DNA of 57,673 nucleotides from an uncultured virus (IMG/VR IMGVR_UViG_3300025502_000006) (lineage: Duplodnaviria; Heunggongvirae; Uroviricota; Caudoviricetes). The translations under genes were made by a program, and so were the position numbers. Each line of letters begins with the position of its first letter. Positions within the stretch are counted from its first letter, which is position 1. The stretch lies in IMG/VR virus record IMGVR_UViG_3300025502_000006; one strand, written 5' to 3'. Shown here in pieces: positions 9,918-17,927 of the stretch. The notes beneath the pieces are model-generated. The model searched no databases and had not been told where the DNA came from. It was given only the letters and a program-made list of their open reading frames with translations.

Positions 9918-11447
9918 TTAAAAACTTGCGTATTCTTCTACCACTATTTTGTAATTAATAATGTTTGTTGTAGCTGGTGTGGCATACACAACAATTTGTG
10001 CATTTCTAAAGGAATCTCCAGGTACATATGTAATCGCAAAGTCAGCCAGTAGACTTCCTACTGATATGGAAGCATATTCTGTGTAGTGAACCGTCGTTCC
10101 GAATATCGCAGAAGTTATTTTAGAGGTCTGTCTACTAGATGTTCCAGTGTCTGTCGCAATAATAGTATAATCCACCCCAGAAACACTTGATGCCTCAGTC
10201 GCGCCTATTTCTACCGCACTTATCGTTGCCGTAGTGCCTGATTTTATTTTTGTTGTTCTAAATGCATACGCACCAGAGCCAACTACGAACGTGTTAGCAG
10301 AGAATGTTCCTGCCATTGTTGCTTGATTCGTTACAGAATTATAAACAAAGTTTGCAGTGCCACCAAACAAACCAGCATCATTAAACTGCATTTGTGTGTT
10401 AGCTCCACCAGGAGTACCACCTCCACCTCCGCCACCTTGTATAGTCCACGAAAGATTACCCGAGCCGTTTGTTGCTAATACATATCCGTTTAATCCACCG
10501 TCAATGTGTAAATTAGCAATTGGCAATTGAACGTTAGGAGAGTTTTGTAAGTTTGCATTACCTGACATTGTAAGATTGCCAAGAGTACTAATTATTACTG
10601 GTCCAGTAAATGTAGAAGTTTCGGTTACTGCAATATTGCTTGCGCCAATGTTGCCTGTTACTGACAGTCCACCAGCCCCTATTTGCAGTGTTGTCAACGT
10701 ACCCACTGATGTAATGTTAGGTTGTGCGGCAGTGACTACATTACCTGCAAAGTTAGCATAATTTGCTGTTAATTCGGCTGTAATGGGAGCAAAAACTCCA
10801 TTGCCGTATAATATTTGTGTTGTGCTACCGTTTAAATTAATAGCAGATATGTTACCGATGCCTACAATGTTAGCATAGGTAACATTAGAGATATTACCGC
10901 CTTCTCCAGCAATATGAATAGCAGATAGTAAATCAGTCGTGTTGTCGTAAGTGAAGCCTGCATCTCCGCCAAAATCACCTGCGTTATTGAACTGTACTTG
11001 AGTGTTTGCACCACCTGGATTACCAGATCCGCCACCACCACCTGATTGGGCTGTCCAAGACAAGTCACCTGCACCGTCTGTTTGCAAAACATAGCCATTT
11101 GTTCCACCTGTTATAGTGATACCAGTGACTGGACCTAAATCTGTGTTGTTCGAAATAACTAAGTTAGTCGCAGTTAGTGTTTTTGTAATATCATTGAATG
11201 TGAGAGCAGAGTCTCCTTCAAAATCACCACCGTCGTTGTATTGTATTTGTGTGTTTGCTCCACCAGGATCACTGCTGAATGGTACTCCATTCGCATAGAA
11301 AAAGTTGTTTGCGTATACACTGTTAGATGTGACGTTTCCTGCAGGGTAGTTAACATTAGTAACTACGTCTCCAGATGCGTTTGTTAGATCAACTGGTGGT
11401 AGTCCGGTTGAGTATCCTGTTAACGAGTTAAATTTATCAGCGGCCAT
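9918..11447 (-). CDS. Tail fibre-like protein with three PGGANTQxQ(F/Y)N modules (509 aa)
   Basis: MAADKFNSLTGYS N-terminus, repeated GGxNGYVLxTxGxGxLSW-Gly-linker-PGGANTQ units, and TAAATA at 11475-11480. Confidence 0.75.
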   Translation of the reverse strand: MAADKFNSLTGYSTGLPPVDLTNASGDVVTNVNYPAGNVTSNSVYANNFFYANGVPFSSDPGGANTQIQYNDGGDFEGDSALTFNDITKTLTATNLVISNNTDLGPVTGITITGGTNGYVLQTDGAGDLSWTAQSGGGGGSGNPGGANTQVQFNNAGDFGGDAGFTYDNTTDLLSAIHIAGEGGNISNVTYANIVGIGNISAINLNGSTTQILYGNGVFAPITAELTANYANFAGNVVTAAQPNITSVGTLTTLQIGAGGLSVTGNIGASNIAVTETSTFTGPVIISTLGNLTMSGNANLQNSPNVQLPIANLHIDGGLNGYVLATNGSGNLSWTIQGGGGGGGTPGGANTQMQFNDAGLFGGTANFVYNSVTNQATMAGTFSANTFVVGSGAYAFRTTKIKSGTTATISAVEIGATEASSVSGVDYTIIATDTGTSSRQTSKITSAIFGTTVHYTEYASISVGSLLADFAITYVPGDSFRNAQIVVYATPATTNIINYKIVVEEYASF

Positions 11448-11545
11448 GTAAGAATTTCCATTAGTTTTATCTTGTATTTATGCTATTATCTAAAAAAAGT
11501 TTGACCAAAAAAAGAACCCGGCAGAACTTTTTAATAAATAATAGT

Positions 11546-11908
11546 ATGCTTACAAAACAGCCAATACGGCCCAAATGCAGTAAATGCACTCTTTCATATG
11601 CTAAATCAAACGGAATAAGTAAACGTGGGTTTCAGAAATGGCACAAATATTGCGTAGCATGTGCTAAGGCTATGTATAACAAGAAATTTGTACACTTGCA
11701 ACACAAGACTCACATGTGCTTCGAGTGTGGTTTTATACCAGAAGACCTAATTCAATTAGATGTTATTTTCAAAGACGGAAATCCATCCAATAAACAACTC
11801 GGAAACATACTATCAATATGTTCTAACTGTAATAGAGTAAGAAGGAAGAGATTAAGGGAGGCACTAAAGATATTAGATATATCGGTTGACTCGGAGATTA
11901 GAATTTAA
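11546..11908 (+). CDS. Zn-finger / degenerate HNH-like protein (~120 aa)
   Basis: Four CxxC pairs. QLDVIFKDGNPSNKQLGNILSICSNCNR aligns by eye with the HNH pattern LxVDHxDGNxxNNxxxNLxxLCxNCH. The start was moved to the ATG at 11546 because TAAATA lies 5 nt upstream. Confidence 0.65.
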   Translation: MLTKQPIRPKCSKCTLSYAKSNGISKRGFQKWHKYCVACAKAMYNKKFVHLQHKTHMCFECGFIPEDLIQLDVIFKDGNPSNKQLGNILSICSNCNRVRRKRLREALKILDISVDSEIRI

Positions 11909-12611
11909 TTTCTTCGATTTTATTATACCAATGATTATAATATGTCGAAAGTCTTTCTCTATCATACCCTTCGATACCTAGTATAGTATACATTTCTTTA
12001 ATAGCGTCGAGTGTTTCTTCTTCTGATTCGTATTTTCTTACATCGAATTCATAGACAACATTAGAAAGTGATCTCATTTCTTCTAAATTTGCATCATGAT
12101 CAGCTAATCGATCATAGAAGATTCTGATTTGTGGGTCATTCTTTGCTCGTTTTTTTACATATTCATGTGGATTGATAAACAATATAATATTTGCATTCTT
12201 CCAAATCTTTTTAATCTCGATAACTTCTGGATTAAAATGTGTTGCTATAAAAAATTTATGATCTCCATATGATATGTCTTTGACAAATGAATTATATGAA
12301 ATACCGCGCCATGGATCAGTGTATTCTTTCTTATCCACCCCAAAAAATTTGTTATCTGTAATATCAAGATCATTCCAGAAGACGCCTTTCTTTATGTCAG
12401 ATAATTGCTCTAAAAGATAATTTAGTTTATCGTCTGGAGAAAACTCGCCCCTGAGTTGTGCTTCTGTCAATTCTTTGTGACCGAAAAAGCCATGGTCAGA
12501 TAGACCTAAACAGTTAGCCATAAATTTGCCACCTGAATAATTGTGAAACCAGATAATAGTTAGGTTAGTTGTTTCTAAATTGCATTCTTCGGGTTTGACT
12601 CGCACACGCAT
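11898..12611 (-). CDS. Hypothetical protein, possibly sulfotransferase-like P-loop fold (237 aa)
   Basis: Long ORF with an N-terminal beta-strand followed by NYSGGKFMANCLGLS, resembling the PAPS-binding loop and helix. The function is tentative. Confidence 0.5.
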   Translation of the reverse strand: MRVRVKPEECNLETTNLTIIWFHNYSGGKFMANCLGLSDHGFFGHKELTEAQLRGEFSPDDKLNYLLEQLSDIKKGVFWNDLDITDNKFFGVDKKEYTDPWRGISYNSFVKDISYGDHKFFIATHFNPEVIEIKKIWKNANIILFINPHEYVKKRAKNDPQIRIFYDRLADHDANLEEMRSLSNVVYEFDVRKYESEEETLDAIKEMYTILGIEGYDRERLSTYYNHWYNKIEEIKF

Positions 12612-12615
12612 AATG

Positions 12616-13587
12616 TTATACTATTTCTTCTCCGTCCTCACCTGTGCTTTGATTGAAATCCTTGTACGGTTCTGCTTCTTCATCGTTAACGACAGGAGGT
12701 TCACTGATTGGTTCTATATTAGAATCAACCTCACCTGGATTATCAATCGTACCAACTTCTCCTACGATTTCATTTGCGGATATATTGAGTTGAACGGTAG
12801 TCGCATTCTCTATCTTTCTCTGGTCTTCTTCATATTCTAGCATCTCGTCATAATTGTCCCAGCTCTCCACCATCCTAGGTCCACCTTCAACATATAGTTC
12901 ACGAAAGTCATGCCATTTCAGATTGAGATAACCAACAGAGACATAAAAGCCTTTGTTATCGGTCTCGTTACAACTATAATCTGGTTCGATTTGCACTCTA
13001 TCGTAATATCCACATTCTAACATATCACCGATATTTGTTTCAGTTGCACTATAACAAAATTTAACAGGGTCAAAGTCTTCGCCGTCTGTTTCAACATAAT
13101 ATGCGGCAAAGCCACCTTTCTCATCGCTGTGGTATACTAATACTGGTTTTACATGCTCATCAATGTCTGCTTGTGATAAATGGTCGGTTACCTCATACAT
13201 CTCACTGCGGTGATATGCTTCTCTGCTATACAATTGATGAGGTTCGAACACAACGGTTTCGCCAATACTCTCTTCGAATGAGTCATCATCACTAGAGTAT
13301 TTTACTTCAGTTACCGTAAATCCACCATCTATCCATGCGTTATTAAGATGCTCGATGTCATCAATATCATTCCAGGCTGGTTGGTAATCTTTATTAGCAG
13401 TCGGATGAGGAGCGCCTTCAATCCGCATAGATGGGTCTTCAAACTCGTAACTTTGCAAATGTGTTATAAGATCGTTTTCCGTCTGGTCATTATTAAGAAA
13501 GAATTCTACAAACTCTTTAGTGACTGTGCCAATAGTTAATTCACCTCCGCGGTGACCACCTTCAATTCTAAATTTTCTTTTTGCCAT
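12616..13587 (-). CDS. Acidic hypothetical protein (323 aa)
   Basis: Long ORF with an AGGAGA Shine-Dalgarno and its own promoters; very D/E-rich. No family recognised. Confidence 0.75.
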   Translation of the reverse strand: MAKRKFRIEGGHRGGELTIGTVTKEFVEFFLNNDQTENDLITHLQSYEFEDPSMRIEGAPHPTANKDYQPAWNDIDDIEHLNNAWIDGGFTVTEVKYSSDDDSFEESIGETVVFEPHQLYSREAYHRSEMYEVTDHLSQADIDEHVKPVLVYHSDEKGGFAAYYVETDGEDFDPVKFCYSATETNIGDMLECGYYDRVQIEPDYSCNETDNKGFYVSVGYLNLKWHDFRELYVEGGPRMVESWDNYDEMLEYEEDQRKIENATTVQLNISANEIVGEVGTIDNPGEVDSNIEPISEPPVVNDEEAEPYKDFNQSTGEDGEEIV

Positions 13588-13621
13588 AACAATTCTCTCC
13601 TAAATGTGTAGTATTTACGTG

Positions 13622-13650
13622 ATTATACACACAAAAGAATAATATGTCAA
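13622..13650 (-). promoter_or_regulatory. Perfect sigma70-type (early) promoter TTGACA-N17-TATAAT
   Basis: -35 at 13650-13645, -10 at 13627-13622, 17-nt spacer. A late TAAATA follows at 13617-13612. Confidence 0.85.
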
Positions 13651-13668
13651 GTTATTTTGGACAACCAC

Positions 13669-13700
13669 AAAAAAAGGAAGAGCCTAAAAGACTCTTCCTT
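13669..13700 (-). terminator. Rho-independent terminator after the major capsid gene
   Basis: The minus strand reads AAGGAAGAGT-CTTTTAG-GCTCTTCC followed by T7. Confidence 0.85.
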
Positions 13701-13738
13701 AAACTTGTAACTTATAAGTTGATTATCAGATAATCGAC

Positions 13739-14938
13739 TTACGAGAATGTTAAGTTTTGAACTGCGATCTCGCCTAAATAGTCAGCCGCATTACCGAAAG
13801 ATGATGCAGTGTTAGTTAGTTCCACGTATCCGTAACGAGTCATGAACGACACGACTGGTTCGAATGTTTGTGGATCGAGTACAACTCCACTGCTCATTAA
13901 TGGAATATATGGGCAATAGAAAGCCGCCGCATCTGTCTCAGATGAACCTTTGTATCCAACCAATACTGCTTGAGTATCAGGTGCATAAGAGTCAACGAAA
14001 ACACGCATAGCGCCGTTCAACGTACCAACAAACTTAGTGTTAGTAGGAGCTTCAAAAGTTCCTTCAGTTGTACGAGCAAATGCTGATGTAGTAGCAGATT
14101 GTAACACAGTTAAGGCCGCAGAACTCACAACAGCCCAGTTACCTGCGCCTCTACGTGTTCTTTGAGCAATCAAGTTTGCAACTCTGTTAATAAGAACGGC
14201 CAAAGCGGCATGTTCGTCACCAACGTAAGTAGCAGTACCTGATACAGCTGCCTGGTTAAAAGTGAATTCAGTTGCCGCTAACGTTCTAAGAGATAACAAA
14301 ATCTCCTGATCGATTTCAGCAGTGATTTCTTGTGCTAAAGCAGCCATAATTTCTGCTTCAACGTCGATGCCGTGCTGAGACTGTGCGTCCTGAGCGGCTT
14401 CGAATGTCCAACGTGCTTGCAACTTACGTGACTTCGCTTCAACAGCTTGTCTTAAGATTTGCACACTGATTTGCTTACCGCCGTTACCTTCTAAAATTGC
14501 TGTATCTGCACCTGTGTAAGATGCTGAAGTTCCAGCCGCCTGAGCAGTACGCGAATACGCCTGGGCAATTTTGAACGGTGATAGTGCTTCTTCACCAGCT
14601 GTTACCGAAGTAGCGGCTGCTGAGTTGTCAGTCAATGACTGAGCGTAACGAACACGCAAGGTGTGAATCTGTCCAACAGGACCAGTCATTGGCTGAACGC
14701 CGACTAGTTCGTTAGCAATAACAGTCGGCATAACCCGTCTGATTACTGGTAAGATTACACGATTAAGTGTTGCTATATTTCCTGCTCCGGTACTACCTGC
14801 GGTAGCATTCTCATTTAAGAGACCTTTGCGAGTGTTTTCGAGGATCACACCCATTGTTGAACGGCGAGTTCCTTTTAAGCCTTCTAACAGGGCGTCTTTG
14901 GTCTCACCCCAACGGCTTTCTAAGAGTACTTTTGACAT
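13739..14938 (-). CDS. gp23: Major capsid protein, T4 gp23-like (399 aa)
   Basis: Signature motifs LVGVQPMTGPVGQI, AKSRKLQARWTFEAAQD, EITAEIDQEI, AFYCPYIPL and TRYG; AGGAGA Shine-Dalgarno. Confidence 0.97.
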   Translation of the reverse strand: MSKVLLESRWGETKDALLEGLKGTRRSTMGVILENTRKGLLNENATAGSTGAGNIATLNRVILPVIRRVMPTVIANELVGVQPMTGPVGQIHTLRVRYAQSLTDNSAAATSVTAGEEALSPFKIAQAYSRTAQAAGTSASYTGADTAILEGNGGKQISVQILRQAVEAKSRKLQARWTFEAAQDAQSQHGIDVEAEIMAALAQEITAEIDQEILLSLRTLAATEFTFNQAAVSGTATYVGDEHAALAVLINRVANLIAQRTRRGAGNWAVVSSAALTVLQSATTSAFARTTEGTFEAPTNTKFVGTLNGAMRVFVDSYAPDTQAVLVGYKGSSETDAAAFYCPYIPLMSSGVVLDPQTFEPVVSFMTRYGYVELTNTASSFGNAADYLGEIAVQNLTFS

Positions 14939-14971
14939 GGTTTATTTCTCCTAATCAATGTCGAGTTTAAA

Positions 14972-16075
14972 TTAAAGCCCTGCCAGGCGTTTTAGGTCAA
15001 TGACATTATCTCTATTGTCATCTACTTCAATTTCTTTTTCCTTGGCAGATTTATTACCGGTTTGAACAGTTGAAACAGATTCAGTAAGAGAAGCCTTTTT
15101 CGCTTTTCCACTTCCTTCGTTCAATACTGCTGGTAAATACTTATCAAATGTGTTCTTCAGCTTTAGCGTCTGAACACTTTCTAATAAAGATCGCATTACT
15201 TCAGCCTTCTCTTTGTTCAAAGACGAGACCAGTTGGTCCAATGCCTTCTCACGCTGAGTAGATTCTTTAATAATGTTTGCTTCACGTTCCTTTGACTCAA
15301 TGATCCTATTTGCATTCGCAAGTTTGACCTTTGACTCTGCTAGTTCTTTTTCTTTACCACTTAATACAGAAACGATGTTACGTGTTTCAGCCTTATCATT
15401 TAGATAAGTAGTGCTGAATTCACCTGCGAATGTTTCAAATATCTTGCGGCCGAAGGTATTCTCCCTAGCTGTTTTAATATCTTCTTTAAGTTGTGACAAT
15501 TCACCTTTGAGATGTGAGGCAACAGAAGTTCCAATTCTTCGAGAACTTTCGACAATAAATTTCGCCTTAAGTCTTTCGAGTTGGTTACGACCTTCTGCAA
15601 CTAACTTGACACGTTGTTCAACCACTGCTTGTCTATCCTGAGCAAATTCTTTGATCTCTTTAGACAATGCATGTATGATAAATTTTTGAAGTTTATCTTG
15701 GTTTTCTAACTGAATCTTACGATCAGAGCGTAGTTCTTTAATTTCTTCTGCTAACTTAGTTACCATAAAGTTATTAAATTTCTTTGCACTTTCTGAAAGT
15801 TTCAATTTTGCTTTAACGCGATCTTCGCTGATTGCTTTCTTCTCATCATGGAATTCTTTAATTTCCTCTGATAGAGAATTAGTTACCATCTTATCAAGGG
15901 CTTCAACCATCACGCTTCTATCATGTTCGTATCTATTAGCAAACTCGTTTCTGAGTTCCCCACGAACTTGATCCTTTGCTTCATCCAGCTTCTGTACCCA
16001 GGTGGTGTTTAACTCACCAGCTACATCTTCTGTGATCAGACCCGAATCAATTAATGGTTGTATAGCATCTAACAT
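14972..16075 (-). CDS. gp22: Prohead core scaffold protein, gp22-like (367 aa)
   Basis: Coiled-coil E/K-rich protein between protease and capsid, ending in LKRLAGL. Confidence 0.8.
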   Translation of the reverse strand: MLDAIQPLIDSGLITEDVAGELNTTWVQKLDEAKDQVRGELRNEFANRYEHDRSVMVEALDKMVTNSLSEEIKEFHDEKKAISEDRVKAKLKLSESAKKFNNFMVTKLAEEIKELRSDRKIQLENQDKLQKFIIHALSKEIKEFAQDRQAVVEQRVKLVAEGRNQLERLKAKFIVESSRRIGTSVASHLKGELSQLKEDIKTARENTFGRKIFETFAGEFSTTYLNDKAETRNIVSVLSGKEKELAESKVKLANANRIIESKEREANIIKESTQREKALDQLVSSLNKEKAEVMRSLLESVQTLKLKNTFDKYLPAVLNEGSGKAKKASLTESVSTVQTGNKSAKEKEIEVDDNRDNVIDLKRLAGL

Positions 16076-16097
16076 GCTGTTTTCCCCTCTATATTAT

Positions 16098-16736
16098 TTA
16101 GATTTTTAAGTCTTTGATCAGACGAACAATCTCGTCCTTCAAATACTTTTCTACTTTCTTGTTGCCTCTAGCTTCCTTGGCGAGTTCTAAAACTTTATAT
16201 CCGTGTCTCATGTTCATAAGACCCTCGTATATTGCTTTAGGATATGCATTCGGGGCACTAGGTTGTGCAACAATGTCCACAGTGATTATTTCAAAATCAC
16301 TTACTCGGCCATCTATATCGTTAACGTTTCCGCTTCCTCTACTAGATACTCCGAGTTTTACCCCCGACTCTAACATAGTCTGAACTAAATGACCCATTGG
16401 AGTTGGTAAAATCTTTAATTTGCCGTAGCCGTTTGGCCCGTCCATCCACATCTTAGTAATCATATGTGACACACGATCTAAGTTGATTTTTAAATCATCT
16501 GGATGATCAACTTCTCCTAGTACAGAATTACCTTCTTGTATTTGGATATTCAGCGTCTCGACTGCGGCTTCTATTTCAGAAACGGGGTAAACACGTTCAT
16601 TTGCATTTTTAACCCCTCCCTGAATAAAGATCCCTTTCATAAAAAGAGTCTTTAAATCAGTCTCTCCTTCCTTAACGGATTCAACCATGATTTCAGCACG
16701 GTCAAATGAAAGGTGTTCTTTAAGATATAAAGCCAT
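16098..16736 (-). CDS. gp21: Prohead protease, gp21-like (212 aa)
   Basis: GIFIQ..KNANERVYP, LGEVDHP, VSHMIT, LGVSSRGSG and DIVAQPSAPNAY motifs. Confidence 0.95.
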   Translation of the reverse strand: MALYLKEHLSFDRAEIMVESVKEGETDLKTLFMKGIFIQGGVKNANERVYPVSEIEAAVETLNIQIQEGNSVLGEVDHPDDLKINLDRVSHMITKMWMDGPNGYGKLKILPTPMGHLVQTMLESGVKLGVSSRGSGNVNDIDGRVSDFEIITVDIVAQPSAPNAYPKAIYEGLMNMRHGYKVLELAKEARGNKKVEKYLKDEIVRLIKDLKI

Positions 16737-16748
16737 TTATATCGTTCC

Positions 16749-17543
16749 TTAATCTATTACAGATTTAGTGTTCGTTCCACTTGCCTGTGCAGTCACTGGC
16801 TTAGGAGCGGCGCTTTGTGCTTTTGCATTCTTGCCTGGCTGATTCTGCCAAGAAGATGCACCATCAACGTCTTTTGCTTTTGGAGCTGGGCGACCTTTCT
16901 CATCACCTTTATCAAAGTTTACGGGCTTAGAATCTATTCCCTTTTGACCTGAATTAGCGTCTACTGGACTTTTCGATTGGTCTCCGTTGTCTCCACCTGA
17001 TGGTGTAGCTACTTTGTTTAGAGTAATTGCTTCTGCAACTAGTTCTTCATCGTCGATATCAATGTTAACTTCGCCTTCAGCACCTTCAATGTCTTGTAAG
17101 TCAGCGTCTATTTCGTCGTCGCGTCCTTCTAAGTCATCTTCTGTGCCCATAATTTCTTCAAACTCAGCCATTAGTTGGTCTAGTTTATCTTCGATACGAA
17201 TTACTGCATCTTCTACTTCGACAGGTTCGCCTGAGTCGATGTCTAATTCAGCACTCATATCCATTTCTTCGTCGCCTTCTATATCAAAGACTTCTTCAGA
17301 ATCAAGATTGATTTCTTCTTCATCTTCTGCAATTCCTGAGTGTTCAGCAGAAATTTCGTCTGCTAGATCACCGACTTGTCCGCCCATTCCTTCTTCAAGG
17401 TCATCAGCTTGTTCGTCTTCCATAATGGATTCATAAATTTCTCTGGATTTTTCTACCACGATGTCGTGAAAGAGGTCTTTTGCTTGTTCTTCGTCCTCAT
17501 TGATAATGAGGTCAATTAATTTTTCAAATTTCTTGTTTTCCAT
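16749..17543 (-). CDS. Acidic prohead core protein (gp67/gp68-position analogue, 264 aa)
   Basis: Very D/E-rich, lies between portal and protease, AAGGAG Shine-Dalgarno, TAAATA at 17584-17589. Confidence 0.65.
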   Translation of the reverse strand: MENKKFEKLIDLIINEDEEQAKDLFHDIVVEKSREIYESIMEDEQADDLEEGMGGQVGDLADEISAEHSGIAEDEEEINLDSEEVFDIEGDEEMDMSAELDIDSGEPVEVEDAVIRIEDKLDQLMAEFEEIMGTEDDLEGRDDEIDADLQDIEGAEGEVNIDIDDEELVAEAITLNKVATPSGGDNGDQSKSPVDANSGQKGIDSKPVNFDKGDEKGRPAPKAKDVDGASSWQNQPGKNAKAQSAAPKPVTAQASGTNTKSVID

Positions 17544-17678
17544 TATTTTGTTCTCCTTAGATATAAGAATGGCTTAGTAAAGTTATTTAGTGAGTGGTAC
17601 GGAAAAGCACTGTTTAAGTACTACTTTTTTGCGTTTTTGATGTATTATCGATTAGATAGAGAGGATTTAATTGAATAA

Positions 17679-17909
17679 TTAAAAACTGGGTGCCGCCCCT
17701 TCTTCAGGTTTTGCACCGTATTGTTTTCTTACTTTAGACAAATGCTTAGTCTTTTCGTAATTTCTTACATCTAGCATTTTGCGGAGTTTTCTAATTTGAC
17801 TTAGTGTTAATTTAGTTTTACGAGAAGTTCTCCATATAGGCTTGGAGTTGTCATCTCCAACATCTTGGATTCCGGGAATTGCAACGTCAAACATTTCAAA
17901 TAATTTCAT
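17679..17909 (-). CDS. Small basic head-module protein (76 aa)
   Basis: RKTKLTLSQIRKLRKMLDVR; sits directly after the portal, with TAAATA 5 nt upstream of its ATG. Confidence 0.7.
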   Translation of the reverse strand: MKLFEMFDVAIPGIQDVGDDNSKPIWRTSRKTKLTLSQIRKLRKMLDVRNYEKTKHLSKVRKQYGAKPEEGAAPSF

Positions 17910-17927
17910 AAGAGTATTTATCTTTTG

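Noticed and set aside
99..9921. Many + strand ORFs of 60-275 aa rich in P/V/T/A
   Set aside because: They are antisense shadows of the repetitive minus-strand fibre genes, with no Shine-Dalgarno or promoter context.
1..11447. Diversity-generating retroelement acting on the fibre genes
   Set aside because: No reverse transcriptase in the window, and repeat differences are mostly synonymous rather than adenine-specific template/variable-repeat mismatches.
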